Program-made: the position numbers and the translations under genes
Notes under the pieces: model-generated
What the model was told of the DNA's origin: nothing
Database searches by the model: none
The model's input: the letters and a program-made list of their open reading frames with translations, nothing else
NCBI GenBank assembly: GCA_016861205.1
Contig: BOKX01000001.1
Location: forward strand, 328,539 to 392,538
DNA: 64,000 nt
Source of the DNA: Patescibacteria group bacterium
GTDB lineage: Bacteria; Patescibacteriota; Microgenomatia; UBA1400; PJMF01
Direction: 5' to 3'
Shown: piece after piece, positions 58,554-64,000 of the stretch
How positions within the stretch are numbered: position 1 is the stretch's first letter
Layout of the letters: each line of letters starts with the position of its first letter

Positions 58554-59349
58554 AACCAATATCGACCAGTTAGTTAAAACAAAAATTTCGGGCAAAGTGG
58601 CTCGTGTCGGTGGTAGTGTTGATCAGCTAGTGTCGTACCAAGACTGCAGCATACAGGACTTTGATGTCCAAAACGGTGGGTATGGTGATATTCGACAGCT
58701 CTCGGGTATCAAAGACATTAAAAGCAGCTGGCTGACAGCTGTTCGGCAAACTTGGCAGGAACTCCGGCACATTCGTTATGGAGATCGAGTCAGACTAGAT
58801 AGAAATACCAAAGTACTGGATATCTTAGACGCCCATAAGCATCCCGAACTGCAGCATCGATATGACGCATGCATCACATCAAATGTGATTGAACATAGCC
58901 CCAATCCCATCTTCATGTTGCTAAATTACTACTTTTTAACCAAAATTGACGGGTGGCAATTTCATGCGATTCCACACTACAAATACACTTTCGATGTTTT
59001 TCGCCAGCCAACCCTCATTGATCACTTTTTAGTTGACTTCGAACAGCACACGGGTCCCGACGACTTGACGCATAATGCCGATTACTACAACTCTGCTGTC
59101 ATCAAGCACGGATACAAGCGCAGGTATCATCTTCACTATCCTGTTGCGTATCCCTATATTCATTTTCATGTTTTTGACGAGAAAAACGTCAGACAGCTCT
59201 TCTCAACTTTGTTTGAAGAGGTAACGGTTGATGTACTTCGAACGACACAGTTCTCTGACGTGGTCGTGTTAGCTAAAAATCGATTGAGACCAAGCTTTGT
59301 CAAAAAACACGCTGCCCTCATCGAGAGCTACTCGGCAAACTTCCTTTAG
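58534..59349 (+). CDS. Methyltransferase-like protein (degenerate motif I)
   Basis: ARVGGS, YDACITSNVIEHSPNP, TFD..R, HFHVFD. Confidence 0.6.
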   Translation: MAMLLHKTNIDQLVKTKISGKVARVGGSVDQLVSYQDCSIQDFDVQNGGYGDIRQLSGIKDIKSSWLTAVRQTWQELRHIRYGDRVRLDRNTKVLDILDAHKHPELQHRYDACITSNVIEHSPNPIFMLLNYYFLTKIDGWQFHAIPHYKYTFDVFRQPTLIDHFLVDFEQHTGPDDLTHNADYYNSAVIKHGYKRRYHLHYPVAYPYIHFHVFDEKNVRQLFSTLFEEVTVDVLRTTQFSDVVVLAKNRLRPSFVKKHAALIESYSANFL

Positions 59350-60265
59350 CACAGAAAAAAAGATTCAAAAGCAGTAGCTTGACTACGTACCAATAAAAAT
59401 AACGGACATCCCACCATGTGCAGCCTGATCTACGTCGCAACATACTCCCGAGCAACACAACTTGTTGGATTGTCGTGAAGGCAAAGAGCTTATCAGGTTT
59501 GACTTGTGCCGGATTCAAGAATTGGGCCAAGGCCCGGGCATCAGCGAGTGTTAACTCAATTCCCAGTTTCGAGTACTCACGTTGATACAGAGCTGGTAAT
59601 ACTCGGGTAATAGTAGTAGTTGACCGAGCACTGGTACTTTCGCGGTGCAAACGATACTTAGTTAAATACTCTGGCACTAAAGCAACCTGACCGTGTTGAA
59701 GGGCTCTGAAACAAAAGTCGTAGTCTTCAGCTGGTTCAAACTCTGGTTGATAACCCAACCCGTAGGTAGCAACCAAACTTCGCCGAAATGTCAGCGATGA
59801 ATGCACCACCGGGAATTGAAGGTAAAACTGGGCTCTGAGCTGCTTGGGCCGAGCGGGAAACCGCCACCAAGCCAGGTGTTGACTGTCTGCATCGATGACC
59901 TCTGCCCAACTCCCAACCATCTGAATCGACTCATTATCACGAAGTAGGTCGAGCTGCTTTTCCAACCGGCTCGGCATAGCAATGTCATCAGCATCGAGAA
60001 TAGCTAAAAATTGACCCTTGGCTAACGCCACTGCTCGGTTGCGATTCCCAGCCAACCCTAATCTTTGTGCGTTGGTATGGAGATGGATACGTTGATCTTG
60101 ATTCGCAGCCTGACGGACAACTTCTCTGGTACCATCATCTGACGCATCATCAATGATGATCAGTTCCCAATCTGCAATGGTTTGGGCTTGTACACTCTTT
60201 ATGGAATCGAGAATGTACTGTTGCGCATTACAAGCTGGCATGAGGATTGAAATCAATGGTGGCAT
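59318..60265 (-). CDS. GT2 glycosyltransferase
   Basis: ISILMPACN, DDASDD, LDADDI..RLEKQ, AEDYD. Confidence 0.92.
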   Translation of the reverse strand: MPPLISILMPACNAQQYILDSIKSVQAQTIADWELIIIDDASDDGTREVVRQAANQDQRIHLHTNAQRLGLAGNRNRAVALAKGQFLAILDADDIAMPSRLEKQLDLLRDNESIQMVGSWAEVIDADSQHLAWWRFPARPKQLRAQFYLQFPVVHSSLTFRRSLVATYGLGYQPEFEPAEDYDFCFRALQHGQVALVPEYLTKYRLHRESTSARSTTTITRVLPALYQREYSKLGIELTLADARALAQFLNPAQVKPDKLFAFTTIQQVVLLGSMLRRRSGCTWWDVRYFYWYVVKLLLLNLFFCAKGSLPSSSR

Positions 60266-60269
60266 ACGA

Positions 60270-61334
60270 TTATCTCAGTCCTATTTGTTTAAAAAGCTCC
60301 GCAAATCGTCGCTGATAGGTGTGCCGTCGATGGGCAGCCAGATAACCATGGTCGGCACAGTCCTGACGTTCACCTTCATGTGCCAGATAATAACGAATTC
60401 TCTCTGCTAAATCTGATAGAGAGTCGTAGCAAACGAGATCTTCACCAATCGTAAAATAGTCAGCCAAATGCGGTACATTGTAAGTCAATAAAAAAGCTCC
60501 GCAGCCAGTGACCTCAAAAAAGCGGGCTTTAATGTCCTCTTGTCGTTTTCGTGAGAAAAGTGTGTCGTACAAACCAGGCATTATCGTGGTAACGGCATCT
60601 TTCCAACCTCGATGTAATTGGGGAGTATGAATCTGAGTCACATATGGCCAGTACCATTGGGTTGAGTTTGACAGGTTAATGACAATTTTCGCTTGATTAT
60701 AAATACTCACCATTTCTTGAGTAGTCACCCGACCATGTGGCCAACCTTGACCAAAACATGTCACATCGATACCCTGCTTGGACAAGTAGGAAATCACATA
60801 CGATCGCCACGGTGAAATTCCGCCCACAAAAACCACGGGGTATTTTTGGACTAATCGTTTTCGCTTAAAAACAGTTGGATCGTGGGCCCACTGTGACACA
60901 ACTGCCTGTTGATAGCCGATGCTCTGATACTTCATCTTTGCATCCGGATCAGTTGTGACCACGTAATCAAAATGAGGTGCCTGAAACTGCGAGTACTGAG
61001 ACCACCGCCACTTATCATCAGCCATCCAGGCGAGCGAGGTAGCTCGGCTATTCTTTTTCTTGAGCGCGTCAAGGCACTGTGCTGAAAATTGATGTTCTGA
61101 AGGAAAAGTAAAAATAAGATCAAACTGCCGTTTTTCTAAGACTTTCATCAAACCTACGTGAACGCCTGTCTGCCCACCTTGACGGTAAGCGGTACCGTAG
61201 TCAAAAAGACTCACTTGATGTCCCATTTTTTTGAAACCCAGAAAAAAAGTGTCATACTCAAACGAGGATCCTCTGGCTGGGTCACCGTAATCATAACGTT
61301 GGAGGTTAGCTAAAATTTTCAGCTTTGAGGCCAT
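60270..61334 (-). CDS. CgeB/Glyco_trans_1_2-type glycosyltransferase (start set to ATG 61334)
   Basis: WMADDKWR, FGQGW, KARFFEVTGCG, HTYQRR. Confidence 0.85.
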   Translation of the reverse strand: MASKLKILANLQRYDYGDPARGSSFEYDTFFLGFKKMGHQVSLFDYGTAYRQGGQTGVHVGLMKVLEKRQFDLIFTFPSEHQFSAQCLDALKKKNSRATSLAWMADDKWRWSQYSQFQAPHFDYVVTTDPDAKMKYQSIGYQQAVVSQWAHDPTVFKRKRLVQKYPVVFVGGISPWRSYVISYLSKQGIDVTCFGQGWPHGRVTTQEMVSIYNQAKIVINLSNSTQWYWPYVTQIHTPQLHRGWKDAVTTIMPGLYDTLFSRKRQEDIKARFFEVTGCGAFLLTYNVPHLADYFTIGEDLVCYDSLSDLAERIRYYLAHEGERQDCADHGYLAAHRRHTYQRRFAELFKQIGLR

Positions 61335-61399
61335 GGCAAAATTATAGCGCACTCGGCTCTGACTTGACTAAGTGATTCTTGACTGGCATGCTATCGTCC

Positions 61400-62407
61400 A
61401 TGGGTAACATCAGAGAACAGTTTTTTCATCTGTACCGTTGGTTTGAACTATTTCGAGGTACCAAAACCCATTTTTTAACCTACCATCAAAGGCCGCACAA
61501 CACTACCGACATCAATGTTTTTTCAGATGCCATCCGTCATCAACCCAAAACCGCAATTGTGCTCCAGGGTCCTATTGTCCATCACCGTGATTTCACCCTG
61601 CAAACTATTCAGCTCTACCACCGTCTATTTCCTGACTGCGAAATCATCCTGGCTACCTGGCAAACCGAAGATCAAGACTATCTGAAGTTATTTGACCTAC
61701 CAAAGACACATATCATTTTAAGTCAGCCGCCAAAACTAGCTGGGGTAGCCAATATCAACTACCAGCTCATTTCAAGTCAGGCAGGCACACAACTCGCACA
61801 AGATATTGGTTGTCAATACGTCCTAAAAACCAGAACCGACCAGCGCATGTACGCCCCCAATGTCATGGAGTTTCTCCTGCAAACTGTCCGTCACTTTGCT
61901 ATCCACCCTAAATATAAACCCCACCAGCGGATTGTCAGCATGAGCTTGAACAGTTTTAAATATCGATTGTACAGTTTATCTGACATGTTCATTTTTGGGC
62001 GGACGGATGACGTACTGCTCTACTTTTCAGCACCACTCGACACTCGCCGACGACCAAAAGCTGTCACCTCACTGCGTGATGTTTCTAAACAGAATTTTTG
62101 TGAAGTGTACTTAGCGACTCACTACTTGAAAGCAATTGGCTTCAAAGTCACTTGGAGTCTCCGCAATTCTTGGCAAGCACTGGCCGATTGCTTTGCGATT
62201 ATTGATAGCGAGTCATTAGATTTGTTTTGGCCAAAGTACCAACAGTGGCTTGAGTACCGATACCGAACATATGATCAGTTGTTAAACAAACAAACCCTTG
62301 ATTACAAAGAGTGGTTTATTATCTATACTGCCTTATCGAATAAAGCTGTAATACCAGAAAGAACGCTGGATTATTCGTTCGATCATCCAGTAGTACCGCA
62401 AAAATGA
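61400..62407 (+). CDS. WavE lipopolysaccharide-synthesis family protein (start uncertain, 61379-61400)
   Basis: AIVLQGPI, ILATW, NINYQ..S..G, VLKTRTDQ, SDMFIFG, E.YL. Confidence 0.78.
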   Translation: MGNIREQFFHLYRWFELFRGTKTHFLTYHQRPHNTTDINVFSDAIRHQPKTAIVLQGPIVHHRDFTLQTIQLYHRLFPDCEIILATWQTEDQDYLKLFDLPKTHIILSQPPKLAGVANINYQLISSQAGTQLAQDIGCQYVLKTRTDQRMYAPNVMEFLLQTVRHFAIHPKYKPHQRIVSMSLNSFKYRLYSLSDMFIFGRTDDVLLYFSAPLDTRRRPKAVTSLRDVSKQNFCEVYLATHYLKAIGFKVTWSLRNSWQALADCFAIIDSESLDLFWPKYQQWLEYRYRTYDQLLNKQTLDYKEWFIIYTALSNKAVIPERTLDYSFDHPVVPQK

Positions 62408-63345
62408 TAGTCACCATCCTTACCATTTTAATTGACTACGCCTGGACAGCTGTGGCTACCATCTACGTACAACTTGCCCCACCAACTCACAACCACCGTA
62501 GAGAAATCAAACAGCTGCGAGCCGCGGTCACCAAACTGAGGCTACGTAAACCAGCCCGCACTCAGACTGCACTGGAAACCTGGCACACCAATTTATACAT
62601 CTTGGGTCAAGAAATTTTGACGCGCGACCCACGGACGTTTTTAACTTGGTCAGTCATCAAAAACACGATGTTTGCTGGACATTCACCTGGAATTGCCACT
62701 GAACTGGCAACTTTAAGCGAAGCTGGCTGGTTAAGCAAAGCCCGGGAAAGTCAGGTCGGTTTGCCAACCCCATACCCCTTTTGCTGGTCAAGCAGTAGCA
62801 ACACGCTCCACCTAACATACCATCTGCTGCAACTCAAAAAAAAGCTGCAGACACCTATTGAGTCATTTCAAGTGGTTGTGGAGTTTGGCGGCGGTTATGG
62901 TAATCTGTGCCGATTAGCTAACCATCATGGGTTTCAGGGTGTGTATATCATCTATGACTTCCCACTCTTGTCAGCGTTGCAGTATTTTTATCTGACACTC
63001 AATGGTTTCTCAGTTAGCCAGTCAGTCGAAAAGTCTGCCCCAATTTACTGTTTAAGTGACTGGCGCTCAGTCGACACGATTCTGAAGCGCTCACAGAAGG
63101 CAGACCGACGGCTATTTGTGGGTACTTGGTCACTCAGCGAGGCCCCGCTAGCGGACCGGCTCAAAGCCTGGCCAAGCTTGAAGAAATGCACTCACTTTCT
63201 CATTGCATTTCAGCGCACTTTCGGCGAAGTTGATAACTTGCAGTACTTCAAGCAGTTAAAAAGTCGCCTTCATCTTAAAAAAGGCCATATTTCACCGATA
63301 ACACATCTGTCCGGCAGTTACTATTTGTTTGCGCAAAAAGACTAG
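62404..63345 (+). CDS. Putative sugar O-methyltransferase
   Basis: VVEFGGGYGNL, YIIYDFP..LQYFYL, GTWSLSE. Confidence 0.75.
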   Translation: MIVTILTILIDYAWTAVATIYVQLAPPTHNHRREIKQLRAAVTKLRLRKPARTQTALETWHTNLYILGQEILTRDPRTFLTWSVIKNTMFAGHSPGIATELATLSEAGWLSKARESQVGLPTPYPFCWSSSSNTLHLTYHLLQLKKKLQTPIESFQVVVEFGGGYGNLCRLANHHGFQGVYIIYDFPLLSALQYFYLTLNGFSVSQSVEKSAPIYCLSDWRSVDTILKRSQKADRRLFVGTWSLSEAPLADRLKAWPSLKKCTHFLIAFQRTFGEVDNLQYFKQLKSRLHLKKGHISPITHLSGSYYLFAQKD

Positions 63346-63358
63346 TTGAGCCTTAAAT

Positions 63359-64000
63359 ATGCGGCCTAAAATCCTTTTCTCAGCCTACGCCTTCTACCCT
63401 AGTTTTGGTGGTCTAGAGCAACAGATATACCTCCTTGGACAAACATACCTGCGAGCGGGCTATCAAGTTGATGTCCTGACGGAAAAGACTGCCCCCGAAC
63501 TACCCGCTTACGAGGTGATTGACGGCATCAACGTGTATAGGATGCCGTATCAGCATCACCGAACACCTTGGTCGTACTTAGTGTTAGGCTACCACTTACT
63601 CCGCTTTCAGCTGTTACATGGCAGAAGGTATCAGCTTATGATTCTGAGAGCTGCTCTCACGTTCTATCCACTGATGTTCGGCGTGGGCAAGTGGTTGCAT
63701 CTCTATGACTGTCCAACCTTTGTGACAGCCGACACTGGTGGCACACAAGATGAAATCATTCGCGTCAAAAACTGGCCACTACACAAATTATTACTCTTTT
63801 TCTTCAACCAGCACACGGTGCTCAATAGTGCCTGCCAAGATAACTATCGGCATTATTTGGAGCTAGGTTTTCCACCATCTAAGTTAACTCAGATCGGTAA
63901 TGGTATTGATATTACTCCTTTTAATAAGGCTAAGTACCCTACTCGGGTCACAACTTTTCTCTTCTTGGCAAGGTTAATTAAAGAAAAAGGTATACGAGAA
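63359..64000 (+). CDS. GT4 glycosyltransferase (partial; runs off the window edge)
   Basis: Not in the ORF track. Manual translation: MRPKILFSAYAFYPSFGGLEQQ...EVIDGINVYR...IGNGID...FLARLIKEKG. Confidence 0.85.
   Translation, partial: MRPKILFSAYAFYPSFGGLEQQIYLLGQTYLRAGYQVDVLTEKTAPELPAYEVIDGINVYRMPYQHHRTPWSYLVLGYHLLRFQLLHGRRYQLMILRAALTFYPLMFGVGKWLHLYDCPTFVTADTGGTQDEIIRVKNWPLHKLLLFFFNQHTVLNSACQDNYRHYLELGFPPSKLTQIGNGIDITPFNKAKYPTRVTTFLFLARLIKEKGIRE

Noticed and set aside
1-64000. CRISPR arrays, tRNA/rRNA genes, IS elements, integrases, prophage genes, alternative genetic code
   Set aside because: None seen: intergenic gaps are short, there are no periodic repeats or transposase/integrase motifs, and genes end normally at TGA.

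Overview
Gene-dense chromosomal window from a bacterium that looks like Patescibacteria/CPR, probably Microgenomates. This is inferred from the DUF4012 protein, the N-terminally truncated MurE, the short RecO and the many glycosyltransferases. TGA is used as a stop, so the code is 11. From 1 to ~25 kb, all on the minus strand: recO, glyQS, an unknown exported protein, a rearranged dcw cluster (mraZ-rsmH-ftsL-ftsI-murE-yvcK-murC/murB fusion-murA-mraY-ftsW-murG-ftsQ-ftsA-ftsZ), a nucleoside-deoxyribosyltransferase/TIR-like protein, two unknown tandem paralogues, ileS and a partial rodA. From 25 to 64 kb is a large surface-glycan region with a priming transferase, ManC, many GT2/GT4/GT-C enzymes, an O-antigen-ligase-like protein, Wzx, Wzm/Wzt, amino-/acetyl-/methyl-transferases, a HAD-cupin-nucleotidyltransferase-GDPD module and WavE; ruvCAB is embedded in it. 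The main result is non-coding: two T-box riboswitches read by eye, each with promoter, specifier codon, matching discriminator base, antiterminator and terminator. Both have an ultra-short Stem I. The Gly leader has neither the distal T-loop platform nor Stem II. The Ile leader pairs actinobacterial-style sensing domains with a transcription terminator and is separated from ileS by two unknown paralogous genes, while that IleRS has an altered editing pocket. All calls come from motif reading; no database searches or folding software were run.
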